32,000 nt of DNA from Candidatus Pelagibacter sp. HTCC7211 (GCF_000155895.1 NZ_DS995298.1:600001-632000), one strand, 5' to 3'; numbered from the stretch's first letter, positions 1 to 9,132 are shown. Program-made: numbers and translations. The notes: a model not told the origin generated them from the sequence alone.

Positions 1-155
1 ACATAATAACCTGACAACATAAAACCTGTTGCTGTTAAACTAAAATCTTCTTTAACAGCTCTTACACCTAAAAGTGAACCTTGGTAACCATGAGCTAACA
101 TAATTAGGCCCATACCAAGAAAAAGTGCCCAAGAGTTTTTTAATATTTTTTGCAT
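1..155 (-). CDS. MFS-type transporter, N-terminal fragment (gene runs off the left edge of the window)
   Basis: Absent from the ORF track because it is truncated. The reverse complement of 1-155 begins with ATG (153-155) and reads MQKILKNSWALFLGMGLIMLAHGYQGSLLGVRAVKEDFSLTATGFMLSGYYV without a stop. It shows a hydrophobic helix, a short loop and a second helix, as at major-facilitator N-termini. The family call rests on only 51 aa. Confidence 0.5.
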   Translation of the reverse strand, partial: MQKILKNSWALFLGMGLIMLAHGYQGSLLGVRAVKEDFSLTATGFMLSGYY

Positions 156-198
156 AAATTCAGCCCTATTTAGTTCGATCTATTCGTGAATCAAGTCT

Positions 199-1074
199 TT
201 ATTGTGACAATCGCTTAGTATTTTTAAGCTTCAAAAACGAGTGGATGGCTATCGTCAGTATTATAACAATCCCACCTTGAATTGTCTCGATACTTGGTTG
301 CTCATTGATAACTAGCCAGACCCAAAAAGGACCTATGATTGTTTCTAGTAAAAAGAATAGGTTTACCTCTTCAGCTGGTATAAATCTTGGTGCAATTGTT
401 ACTAAAACAAATGGGATAGCTACACACATCACACACATTAAAGGAACAAATATTAAGTCAGTACCAACAAGAGCAAAAGTATCTACGAAAAAGAAAGCAA
501 AAATTGCTACACATAGTTTTCCAATTACAGCAGATGGAACAAGATCTCTATTTTTGGCATATCTAGCGATGACAGCGTTACAAGCAAGACCAAAAGCGGT
601 AATTATACCAAATAAATCACCATAAAAATTGCCCATTTCAATAGAATCGTGGAAGATATAGGTGACTGCAATTAGAGTAATAATAATAGCAATCCAAGTT
701 TTACTGTCAGGCACTTCTTTTAAAAATATACTGCCTAATATAGCTGATAACATTGGTGCCATTGCAATCATTACTAACGTATTAGCAACATTCGTATTTT
801 GAATAGAAATTATAAAAGTAATATTACAAATAGAAAAACTAATAACGTAAAAAATACCAGGATAACCTATGTTTATTAATGCTTTAAAGAGATTATTTTT
901 ATAAAAAAATATAAGTCCAACAAGAACAACCACAAAAGGAATTGCACCTCTATAAAAAAGCATTCCCCAAGTTTCGATATTAGAAAGTCTAATTAAAATT
1001 GAGTCTGGAGTAATCAACATTACAGCAATAAATGCCAAAAGAGACCCTTTTTTTTGGTTTGAAAGTTTATTCAT
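199..1074 (-). CDS. EamA/DMT-superfamily permease (drug/metabolite transporter, substrate unknown)
   Basis: 291 aa, about 10 hydrophobic segments in two similar halves, with Gly/Pro-rich helix ends typical of EamA (RhaT-like) repeats. ATG at 1072-1074. It lies 9 nt downstream of the FkbM gene on the same strand. Confidence 0.8.
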   Translation of the reverse strand: MNKLSNQKKGSLLAFIAVMLITPDSILIRLSNIETWGMLFYRGAIPFVVVLVGLIFFYKNNLFKALINIGYPGIFYVISFSICNITFIISIQNTNVANTLVMIAMAPMLSAILGSIFLKEVPDSKTWIAIIITLIAVTYIFHDSIEMGNFYGDLFGIITAFGLACNAVIARYAKNRDLVPSAVIGKLCVAIFAFFFVDTFALVGTDLIFVPLMCVMCVAIPFVLVTIAPRFIPAEEVNLFFLLETIIGPFWVWLVINEQPSIETIQGGIVIILTIAIHSFLKLKNTKRLSQ

Positions 1075-1083
1075 TGATAAAAT

Positions 1084-1932
1084 CTATTTTAAAGACATCA
1101 CAATATTAGCATTATTTTTAAAAACCTTAATATATCCAAGATTATAAAGATATTTTACTAAATCATATTTCCATAAATGATTAGAGGCATGTTCTAAAAT
1201 TATATTTTTGGGGTATAGATTTTTTTTACAATTTTTTAAAAATGATAAGAGAACTCTATCTTCATATCCTTCAATATCTATCTTAAGATTTGTGATATAA
1301 TTTAATTTTTCTTCTTTAACTATATCTATTAACTTTCTACAGTTAACTACAATATTTTTTTTACTTTTTTTTTTAATTATTCGTCCATTTGCCAAACCTG
1401 GAGTAAAATCAAAGTAAATTTTTTTATTTCTATCACCTAGTGCACAATTTTTAATTTTTACAATTGAAAAAATTTTAGAGATTTTCTTTTTTAATAATTT
1501 CAAGTTTCTTTTTAATCTTAAGTTATTAATTGGATTTGCATCAATCGCGATAATCTTGACTTTATTATTATTACTATAAAGTGACGCAACATTAAGTGTG
1601 AAGAGACCCATATTTGAACCAATATCAATAAAGACACTATTGTTTAAAGATTTACTTTTAATAAAATTTATTTCCTTATTTTCATTTCTTCCAAAGTAAA
1701 CTTTAATTCCGGTTAACTTATCGTTGTAAAAGTGAAGAGGTATTTTGTTAACTTTACAGACAAATCTAGAATTATCAATATTACCAATTCCAATAAAAAA
1801 ATTTATAAAATCTATTATTATTTTTCTAATTTTGCCTCTCCCTAAAAATGTTTTTTGACCCAAAAAAAGGATTATTTTAATTATAAAAATTTTAGTTTCA
1901 GAAAGCTGTATTAATTCAGTTGATTTCTTCAT
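1084..1932 (-). CDS. FkbM-family SAM-dependent methyltransferase
   Basis: FkbM-family motifs are present: IDIGSNMGLFTL (SAM glycine loop), IIAIDANP, NCALGD, LKIDIEGYEDRVL, IILEH. The track ORF starts at a TTG (1950). The first ATG (1930-1932) forms an ATGA overlap with the gshB TGA stop (1929-1931), so I place the start there. Confidence 0.8.
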   Translation of the reverse strand: MKKSTELIQLSETKIFIIKIILFLGQKTFLGRGKIRKIIIDFINFFIGIGNIDNSRFVCKVNKIPLHFYNDKLTGIKVYFGRNENKEINFIKSKSLNNSVFIDIGSNMGLFTLNVASLYSNNNKVKIIAIDANPINNLRLKRNLKLLKKKISKIFSIVKIKNCALGDRNKKIYFDFTPGLANGRIIKKKSKKNIVVNCRKLIDIVKEEKLNYITNLKIDIEGYEDRVLLSFLKNCKKNLYPKNIILEHASNHLWKYDLVKYLYNLGYIKVFKNNANIVMSLK

Positions 1933-2855
1933 AGTTTTAAATCTTTCCAAAAGATCCTTGCAAGATTTATACCTGATAAATCAAATAAAGTTTTTAACCC
2001 AGTAGGGGAAGTTACATTGATATCTCCATTTAGTTTTTGGTCAATAAAATCAATGCCTGCAAAATAGATATTTTCTTTTTTTAAATCTTTTGCAATTAAT
2101 TTTGATATTTTATTTTCTAATTTAGTTAATTTAATATTTATTGGTTTAGCACCTTTGCTCATATTGCTTAAGAAAGATCCTTTTTTTGGAACACGCGATA
2201 TAGCACCACATACTTTACCATTAATTAAAAATACTCTCTTGTCGCCTTTACTAATCTTAGGCAAATATTTTTGGCACATAATATGATCATGCTGCTTAAT
2301 AAACTTTTTAATTAGCTTAAGATTAAATGTATTTAATAAATGAATATCATTTCCGCTAAAACTATGTATTGGTTTTAAAATTACTTTTTTATGTTTTTTA
2401 AAAAATTTTTTAATTTCTTCAATATTTTGAGTGAAAATAGTACTTGGCATAAATTTTTGATACTTTACTGAATAAAGTTTTTCAGAAATATTTCTAATTG
2501 ATGTTGGGTTATTAATTATTTTAACTTTATCTTTAATGGTATCTAAAATGTATGTAGCTGAAATATATTCAAGGTTAAATGGGGGGTCTTGTCTAATCAA
2601 AATATACTTACAAAGCGTAAGTTCTAAACTTTGTTTTTTAAGAATTTTGAAAAATTTTTTTTTATTGTAGTTAAATTCAATAAAAAAACCTTTGGCTATA
2701 ACCTTAGAGTGAATTACAGATAGATTCTTAGGATCGTAATAAAATATTTTATATTTTCTATTTTGAATTTCATGAGCTAAGAAAACGCTAGTATCCGTAA
2801 CCGGATTTAATTTTGAAGGGTGATTTCCTTGTATAGCTACAATTTTATTCATCAT
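1929..2855 (-). CDS. gshB: Glutathione synthetase (prokaryotic ATP-grasp type)
   Basis: N-terminus MNKIVAIQGNHPSKLNPVTDTS aligns with the GshB N-domain. The ATP-grasp region contains GDKRVFLINGKV and INVTSPTG. The track start is a GTG at 2864. ATG codons at 2853-2855 and 2850-2852 fit the family N-terminus better. Either way the start overlaps the gshA stop (2845-2847). Confidence 0.9.
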   Translation of the reverse strand: MMNKIVAIQGNHPSKLNPVTDTSVFLAHEIQNRKYKIFYYDPKNLSVIHSKVIAKGFFIEFNYNKKKFFKILKKQSLELTLCKYILIRQDPPFNLEYISATYILDTIKDKVKIINNPTSIRNISEKLYSVKYQKFMPSTIFTQNIEEIKKFFKKHKKVILKPIHSFSGNDIHLLNTFNLKLIKKFIKQHDHIMCQKYLPKISKGDKRVFLINGKVCGAISRVPKKGSFLSNMSKGAKPINIKLTKLENKISKLIAKDLKKENIYFAGIDFIDQKLNGDINVTSPTGLKTLFDLSGINLARIFWKDLKL

Positions 2856-4140
2856 ATAATTCACTTAAATCTTCATTGTTTGAAAATTTATTAATCATAT
2901 GATCTGCGTTGGTAGTTTTATTATCAATTAGTTTTTGTAAATGATTTAAGAACAATGTTTCATTTTTTCCACTTTTGTTGAGAATATCTCTATCGTCTAA
3001 TCCCTTTCTAGATAAATCTAATAAAGTTGAAGCCCAATAAAAGAGATCTTTACCCATTAGTTGAGTATTGAAACCTTTTTTTGGCGCTTCTAAATAAGCG
3101 TTAATTATTTTTTCTTTATCCCAATTAGAAATTAGTTCATACACTTCATCTAAATTACCGTATAACATTCCAACATTAAAAGCAGGACCAGCGCATAAAC
3201 AATCCCAGCCACAAGTGTCCATAGATCTGAGTTCTATATATTTTTTTAGTCTATTTTCTGTAAAAATTGTGCTTAAGTGAGTAGTCAAGTCACTTTCATT
3301 AGGTAATCTATTATTTATTTCATCAATTTTTCCATCCATAAAGTCTTTAAAAGTATATTTTAGACCTGAAATATAAGTGTCTTTATCTTGAATAAATAAA
3401 ATAGGAAAATTAATTATAAATTCTGCATATTTTTCAAAATTTAATTCTTCAAAAAATAATTTTGGTAATCCACCTCTAGAAGTACTTTGCCAAACTTTAG
3501 ATCGGTAGGATAGATAGCCACTATTTTTTTTTTCAACTATTGATGAGTTTGCAAACAAAGCAATTGAAATTGGAACAATAGAATTAACAATTTTAAATTT
3601 TTTTACAAAATCTTCCTCAGAATTGTAATCAATATTCAACTGTGTGCCACAGGTTCGATACATCATATCTAAACTAAGTTCTCCTCCTAGAGGCATGTCT
3701 TTAGTCATTAATTCATATCTTTGTTTTGGATTATTTGGAATTTCCTTTAATTTTGAAATTGGATCAAATCCAGCACTTACAATTTTGATATCTAATTTTT
3801 TGGTAACTTGTTTCAATTCGAATAAATAATCATGCGACTCTGCACATGCTTCATGAAGTGTTATAAGTTTATCGCCAGATAGCTCTATTTGATTACCAGG
3901 CTCAAGAGTAATATTTTTACCACCTTTATTTAATCCTATAATATTTCCTTTTTCTAAAATTGGATTCCAACCAAATTCTAATAAAGAGGAAAACATTTCC
4001 TTAATTTTTGAATAATCAACTCTCTTATCATCTTGATTATTGAAAAGAAACTTTTCATGTTCAATTCCAATTCTAAAGTCTTTTGTGTCTTTTATACCAG
4101 ACTCGAAATATTTGATTATTTGTTCTTTAGAATTTATCAT
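2845..4140 (-). CDS. gshA: Glutamate-cysteine ligase, plant/alphaproteobacterial type (GCS2 family)
   Basis: 431 aa. It has the IGIEHEKF motif, the length and the overall pattern of plant-type gamma-glutamylcysteine synthetase. It sits directly upstream of gshB and overlaps it. Confidence 0.85.
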   Translation of the reverse strand: MINSKEQIIKYFESGIKDTKDFRIGIEHEKFLFNNQDDKRVDYSKIKEMFSSLLEFGWNPILEKGNIIGLNKGGKNITLEPGNQIELSGDKLITLHEACAESHDYLFELKQVTKKLDIKIVSAGFDPISKLKEIPNNPKQRYELMTKDMPLGGELSLDMMYRTCGTQLNIDYNSEEDFVKKFKIVNSIVPISIALFANSSIVEKKNSGYLSYRSKVWQSTSRGGLPKLFFEELNFEKYAEFIINFPILFIQDKDTYISGLKYTFKDFMDGKIDEINNRLPNESDLTTHLSTIFTENRLKKYIELRSMDTCGWDCLCAGPAFNVGMLYGNLDEVYELISNWDKEKIINAYLEAPKKGFNTQLMGKDLFYWASTLLDLSRKGLDDRDILNKSGKNETLFLNHLQKLIDNKTTNADHMINKFSNNEDLSELYDE

Positions 4141-4169
4141 TATTTTAAGATTATATCTTACTGTTGCGT

Positions 4170-4727
4170 TTAAAGAAAATAATAAGGTGTCCTTGAGAAA
4201 ATTTTTCTTACCATCGGTGAAAATTCATCTAAAGTCATACTTTTATATTCAGGATCAAATGAAGCTTGATCATAATTTTCACAAAAATCAACTGTTGCTT
4301 CATAATACTTATGGTCTTTGAATTTATCTCTAGCATTTCTATCTCCACCTAAGTGGTGTGCACTGTAATAGGTCTGAAAAAGTCCATGATGTTTTATTAT
4401 CCAATATGTTTTTTCAGAAACATAAGGTCTAAGGATTGAGGCAGCATATTGAGAATGGTTCATTGGTGCTAAATCATCACCTATATCATGTAATAATGTA
4501 GCAACCACCATCTCTTCATCTTCTCCATTTTTGAAAGCTCTGGTAGCAGCCTGCAAAGAGTGTTCAAGCCTTGTGATTTGATAACCTTCTAAGGTAGTTG
4601 TTTGAGCAGATAAATATTTTAAAATTCTTTCAGCAGTCTGTCTTTCATAATTTTTTTCATATTTTTCTAATAGCTGGTAATCCTCTTTAGTACCATTTTT
4701 CATCTCTGTAAAATTTACTTTTTTCAT
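4170..4727 (-). CDS. HD-domain metalloprotein (possible PhnZ/MIOX-like diiron oxygenase, or phosphohydrolase)
   Basis: 185 aa. Candidate metal ligands: H56 (RLEHSLQ), H80-D81 (LLHDIG), H91, H113/H114 (KHHG), D153 (ENYDQ). The LEHSLQ-x(20)-LLHD block resembles what I remember of the PhnZ family. It starts 2 nt after the purF stop and ends 29 nt before gshA. Confidence 0.7.
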   Translation of the reverse strand: MKKVNFTEMKNGTKEDYQLLEKYEKNYERQTAERILKYLSAQTTTLEGYQITRLEHSLQAATRAFKNGEDEEMVVATLLHDIGDDLAPMNHSQYAASILRPYVSEKTYWIIKHHGLFQTYYSAHHLGGDRNARDKFKDHKYYEATVDFCENYDQASFDPEYKSMTLDEFSPMVRKIFSRTPYYFL

Positions 4728-4729
4728 TT

Positions 4730-6211
4730 TTAGTTATTAGACGCAGTGCTTAGTAAGGATAGTTGAGTAACTTTATTATCTCCAAGTTCATCAATAGGTT
4801 TTACAGGATAGTCACCAGTAAAATAATGATCTGTAAGCTGAGGATAAGTTTCATTTCTTTTATCAAAACCAACTGCTCTATATAATCCCTCTATAGATAA
4901 AAATTTTAAAGATTTTGCTCCAATATATTCACAAATTTCATCGTTAGTTTTATTAGCAGCTAATAGTTCTTTTTTAGTTGGGGTATCTACACCATAGAAA
5001 TCTGGATGTCTTATTTCTGGGCAAGCAATTTTAACATGCACCTCTTTTGCACCAGCATCGTATAGCATCTTAACTATTTTATAAGATGTTGTTCCTCTGA
5101 CTAAAGAGTCGTCAATTAATATAATTTTTTTCTCTTTAATAGTTGTTTGGTTAGCATTTAGTTTTAACTTTACGCCCAGGCTTCGAATTTGTTGACTTGG
5201 TTCAATAAAAGTTCTTCCAACATAGTGATTTCTAATTAAACCGTGCTCATAATTAATCTTTAAATGTTGAGCAAAACCAAGTGCTGCCGCATTTCCACTA
5301 TCTGGAACAGGTACCACTACATCTGCGTCTATATTATTTTCTTTCGCAAGTTCTATACCTATATTTTTTCTATGTTCGTATGCAGTTTTACCATCAAGTA
5401 TACTGTCCGGTCTTGCAAAATAAATATATTCAAACACACAAGGCCTAACTTTTTTAGGAGGGAAGGGCTTGATACTCTTTAACTCATCATTTTCAATTAA
5501 AACTATCTCTCCATTTTCAACATCTCTTACAAATTTTGCTCCAATGATATCTAAAGCACATGTTTCTGAGGCCAAAACATAACTTTTGCCTAATTTTCCA
5601 ATTACAAGAGGTCTTATTCCATAAGGATCCCTAACACCAATTAAAGAATTTTGAGTTAACATTACTAATGCATAGCCACCTTGAATTTGAAATATTGCAT
5701 CGACAACTTTATCAATTGTCTTAGGTCTTTTAGATTTTGCAATTAATTGAACAATGGTTTCAGTGTCTGAAGTTGTATAAAAAATAGCACCATCTTCCAC
5801 TAATTTATTTCTTAGTGATATTGAATTAGTTAAATTTCCGTTGTGTGCAACGCCAATTCCACCTGCATTAGTGTCAGCAAAGAAAGGTTGGATGTTTCTT
5901 AAAGTATTTTCACCAGTTGTGCTGTATCTATTATGTCCAATTGCATAATTTCCTCTTAGTTTTTTAAGTACTTTTTCTTTATTAAAATTATCTCCAACTA
6001 ATCCAAATCTCTTTTCTGAATAATATTTTTCACCATCAAATGTAACTATCCCACAACCTTCTTGTCCACGATGTTGTAAAGCATGAAGTCCAAGTGCAGT
6101 TAAAGCAGAAGCATCTGTTGCATTACTTACACCAAAAACACCACACTCTTCTTTTAGTTTTGGATCAAAGTTCTTCAATTTTTTCTTTAGAATCTTGATA
6201 TGTTTTTTCAT
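4730..6211 (-). CDS. purF: Amidophosphoribosyltransferase
   Basis: Catalytic N-terminal nucleophile context EECGVFGV, the PRPP-binding loop ILIDDSLVRGTT, and the C-terminal DHYFTGDYP. The catalytic Cys is preceded by 22 aa from the ATG at 6211, or 11 aa from an in-frame TTG at 6176-6178. A propeptide is therefore implied and the exact start is uncertain. Overlap with cvpA is 47 nt or 14 nt accordingly. Confidence 0.95.
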   Translation of the reverse strand: MKKHIKILKKKLKNFDPKLKEECGVFGVSNATDASALTALGLHALQHRGQEGCGIVTFDGEKYYSEKRFGLVGDNFNKEKVLKKLRGNYAIGHNRYSTTGENTLRNIQPFFADTNAGGIGVAHNGNLTNSISLRNKLVEDGAIFYTTSDTETIVQLIAKSKRPKTIDKVVDAIFQIQGGYALVMLTQNSLIGVRDPYGIRPLVIGKLGKSYVLASETCALDIIGAKFVRDVENGEIVLIENDELKSIKPFPPKKVRPCVFEYIYFARPDSILDGKTAYEHRKNIGIELAKENNIDADVVVPVPDSGNAAALGFAQHLKINYEHGLIRNHYVGRTFIEPSQQIRSLGVKLKLNANQTTIKEKKIILIDDSLVRGTTSYKIVKMLYDAGAKEVHVKIACPEIRHPDFYGVDTPTKKELLAANKTNDEICEYIGAKSLKFLSIEGLYRAVGFDKRNETYPQLTDHYFTGDYPVKPIDELGDNKVTQLSLLSTASNN

Positions 6212-6710
6212 TTGGAAATTCTTTTATGAGATAATTACTACCTTTTTCAAGGTATGGAAAGATGTATGATTGTTCAATATTTAGCGGCCATTTATCATAG
6301 TTGTAGACGATATGAATCCCTGAAAAAATACAAACTGCAATTATATAAGCTTTTATAAATCCAAAAAAGAATCCAAATGCCTTATCTAGACCACCTATAC
6401 CGGTATAACTAACTGCTTTACTTATTCCCTTATTAATAAGCAGAACAATAAATATAACGACTATAAAAATTCCAATACCTAGCCCAATATCCAGAACATA
6501 TTCACTATCTATAATATCTTTAAAATATAGTTTTACTTTTGGGAATAAAATTAAAGTAATAACATAGGCTAAAATCCATTTAGCCATTGATAAAATACTT
6601 AATACAAATCCTTTTCTATAACACTCAATTAGCGATAAAACTGTAATAACAAGATATAAAAAATCAATAATTGATATATCACTAAAAAATTCCCTTAAGG
6701 TATCTAGCAC
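6165..6710 (-). CDS. cvpA: CvpA-family inner-membrane protein
   Basis: 181 aa with four hydrophobic helices, in the conserved position immediately upstream of purF (cvpA-purF pairing known from E. coli and many proteobacteria). The start is a GTG at 6708-6710. Confidence 0.8.
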   Translation of the reverse strand: MLDTLREFFSDISIIDFLYLVITVLSLIECYRKGFVLSILSMAKWILAYVITLILFPKVKLYFKDIIDSEYVLDIGLGIGIFIVVIFIVLLINKGISKAVSYTGIGGLDKAFGFFFGFIKAYIIAVCIFSGIHIVYNYDKWPLNIEQSYIFPYLEKGSNYLIKEFPNEKTYQDSKEKIEEL

Positions 6711-6715
6711 TTAAA

Positions 6716-9112
6716 TCATCTCCCAAAAGGTTTAATAATTAAAATTAATGAAGGCAATAACGTTAAAACAGATATCATTGCTAATAACATTGCAAGCCCT
6801 GTAAATATCCCAAAATATATAGTTGGTATAAATTTAGATAATACTAAAATTGAAAACCCAAAGACAATCGTAATCGATGTATTTAAAATCGCTACACCAA
6901 CGGTTGAATGACAGACTTTTAATGTTTTGTTGTAATCTTTAATTTTTTTAAATTCTTCTTTAAACCTATAAATATAATGAATGCTATTATCTACTGCAAT
7001 ACCAATAGTAATAGCAGCTATTGTTATTGTCATCATATCCAATGGAATTCCCAAAAGACCAATAATTCCTAAAATAAAAAATGCAGCAATAAAATTTGGA
7101 ACTACTCCTATTAAAGACAATTTTATATTTCTAAATAAAATGATAAACATAGAGAATATACCGATCATCACTAATCCTAAAGTTAAAATTTGAGACTTAA
7201 ATAAACTTTGCAACAAATTATTAAATAAAATCAAAACTCCTGCTAATTTGAATTCTTCTTCATTTAATCCAATTTTATTTTTGAGATCAAAATTAATTTT
7301 ATTAATGAGATCATTTCTTCTCAAATTTTCTTGTGAGTCTATAATTCTTAGACTTATTCGAGCTTCATTATTTTTAAGAGAAATATATGGATCTATTATT
7401 TCTGTTTTAATACTCTCTGGAATTTTAGAATAGAGCACTCCCATTTCTAATGTACCTAGTGGCTTATTATTGTTTAATTGCGTGGCAACATCAATAATAG
7501 AAGAAAAAGATAAAACTTTTCCTACTTGAGGTAGACCATCTAAATAGTTATGAACTGAAGCAATTTTATCAATTTTATCTTTAGTGAACCAATATTTTTC
7601 ATCATTTGAGTCTTCCTCATCACCCCAATCCTCAAATTCATCATCTTCATTAGATTTTTCTTTATTTTCTTTGTCTTTAGAGGGAAATTTTAAAATTACT
7701 TCTAATGGTGTTGTGCCACCCAATTGCTCATCAATAAGTTTCATACCTTTGTAAATTTCCGTATTTTTATTAAAATAATTTATAAAACTATTCTCTACCT
7801 CGAGTTTACTAATACCAATAACGCTCAAAATTATAACAATACCTGTTAGTCCAAAAATTATATTCTTATTATTAAGTGAAATTAGTCCTAAAAAAGAAGT
7901 AATTTTTGAGTTCTGTTCTTTTTGAATAGACATAATTTCAGTTGGCACAAAACTTAAAAGTGTAGGTAGCAAAGTGAATGTTATAATAAAAGATGTAATT
8001 AAACCAAAAGTCATCATCCATCCAAAATCAATAATTGGCTTTATTTCACTAAAGATCAAAGACAAAAAAGCAAATACAGTTGTAAAGACTGTATAAATTA
8101 TTGGCCAAAACATTTTATTGGTTGTTAAAGAAATTATTTCATAATTACTTTTGTTTGGATGATCTTTTCTTAATTGAAGGTAGCGAGTACTCATATGAAT
8201 ATTCATCGCCATTGTTAATATCAGCATTAATGCAATAAAGTTTGATGATATAACAGTTACTTTCCAGCCAAGAATTCCAAGTAATCCCATCATTATTATT
8301 ACTGAAAATAAACAGCTACTAATTGGAACAATTATCCAAATTAATTTTCTAAAAATAAACCACAACGTAGCAATAATGAATAAAAGAACTCCCAATCCAA
8401 AAACTATGATATCACTTTTGATAAAAGTCATCATATCATCCGCGATCATTGGAATTCCCCCAAGATATATTTTTCCTACATCACCATAACTTTGAATAAC
8501 TTGTCTTATTTCTAAAATATTTTTATGATTCTGTTTTTTAATTTGATCTTTATATTTTTCTATTTCTTCTTTAGATAAATTCTCAATATTATCTAATTTT
8601 TTACTCGCTTTAATGTTTACAATTATACCACTGGTATTACCATTTTCGCTAATCACAAAATTTCTAAATACTGGACTATTTAAAATTTCATTAAATCCTC
8701 GGTCTCTATCTACATCTTCATCTTTCAAAGTTTTAAAACTCTCCAAACGTTCTTGAAGAGGGGCATCAGAGTTATTTAAAAGGGGAATATCTAAAAGGGT
8801 TATAACGCTATGAACCCAATCTAAGCTTTGAATTTTATATTTTAAACTAAGAAGATTATTAATTGAATTATTCGATGCCATTTTCTCATTAGGCGTATAA
8901 GTTAAAATTAAAAAGTCTTTAGACCCATATCTTTCAGTTATTTCTTTTAAATAAGCTAAGTCAGGGTCGCCTTCGATGAGTAAAGTTTCTGATGAAGCAT
9001 CAAGTCTAAAATCCTTTGAATAATAACCAAAACTTAAAATTACTATTATTAAAAGAGTAAATATTGCTTTTGGATTTTTTAAAATTGAATTTTGGTATAA
9101 ATGAGCAAACAT
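6716..9112 (-). CDS. RND-superfamily exporter of the MMPL/HpnN-like (COG1033) type, substrate unknown
   Basis: 798 aa. An N-terminal TM helix is followed by a large soluble loop, a block of about 5-6 TM helices (aa ~225-395), a second large loop, and a second TM block (aa ~640-795). This duplicated architecture is typical of RND/sterol-sensing-domain exporters. Confidence 0.8.
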   Translation of the reverse strand: MFAHLYQNSILKNPKAIFTLLIIVILSFGYYSKDFRLDASSETLLIEGDPDLAYLKEITERYGSKDFLILTYTPNEKMASNNSINNLLSLKYKIQSLDWVHSVITLLDIPLLNNSDAPLQERLESFKTLKDEDVDRDRGFNEILNSPVFRNFVISENGNTSGIIVNIKASKKLDNIENLSKEEIEKYKDQIKKQNHKNILEIRQVIQSYGDVGKIYLGGIPMIADDMMTFIKSDIIVFGLGVLLFIIATLWFIFRKLIWIIVPISSCLFSVIIMMGLLGILGWKVTVISSNFIALMLILTMAMNIHMSTRYLQLRKDHPNKSNYEIISLTTNKMFWPIIYTVFTTVFAFLSLIFSEIKPIIDFGWMMTFGLITSFIITFTLLPTLLSFVPTEIMSIQKEQNSKITSFLGLISLNNKNIIFGLTGIVIILSVIGISKLEVENSFINYFNKNTEIYKGMKLIDEQLGGTTPLEVILKFPSKDKENKEKSNEDDEFEDWGDEEDSNDEKYWFTKDKIDKIASVHNYLDGLPQVGKVLSFSSIIDVATQLNNNKPLGTLEMGVLYSKIPESIKTEIIDPYISLKNNEARISLRIIDSQENLRRNDLINKINFDLKNKIGLNEEEFKLAGVLILFNNLLQSLFKSQILTLGLVMIGIFSMFIILFRNIKLSLIGVVPNFIAAFFILGIIGLLGIPLDMMTITIAAITIGIAVDNSIHYIYRFKEEFKKIKDYNKTLKVCHSTVGVAILNTSITIVFGFSILVLSKFIPTIYFGIFTGLAMLLAMISVLTLLPSLILIIKPFGR

Positions 9113-9132
9113 TTACTCTTTTATATTGGAAA

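Noticed and set aside
305-625. 106-aa plus-strand ORF inside the EamA permease gene
   Set aside because: It is antisense to a coherent 10-helix membrane protein. The product is basic, low-complexity and has no motif.
1300-1400. Long A/T homopolymer runs (for example t8-t10 tracts around 1360-1380, 3525-3535 and 25675-25690) as possible frameshift or phase-variation sites
   Set aside because: All host ORFs read through them intact with family motifs on both sides. Such runs are expected from Lys (AAA) and Phe (TTT) codon bias in AT-rich genomes.
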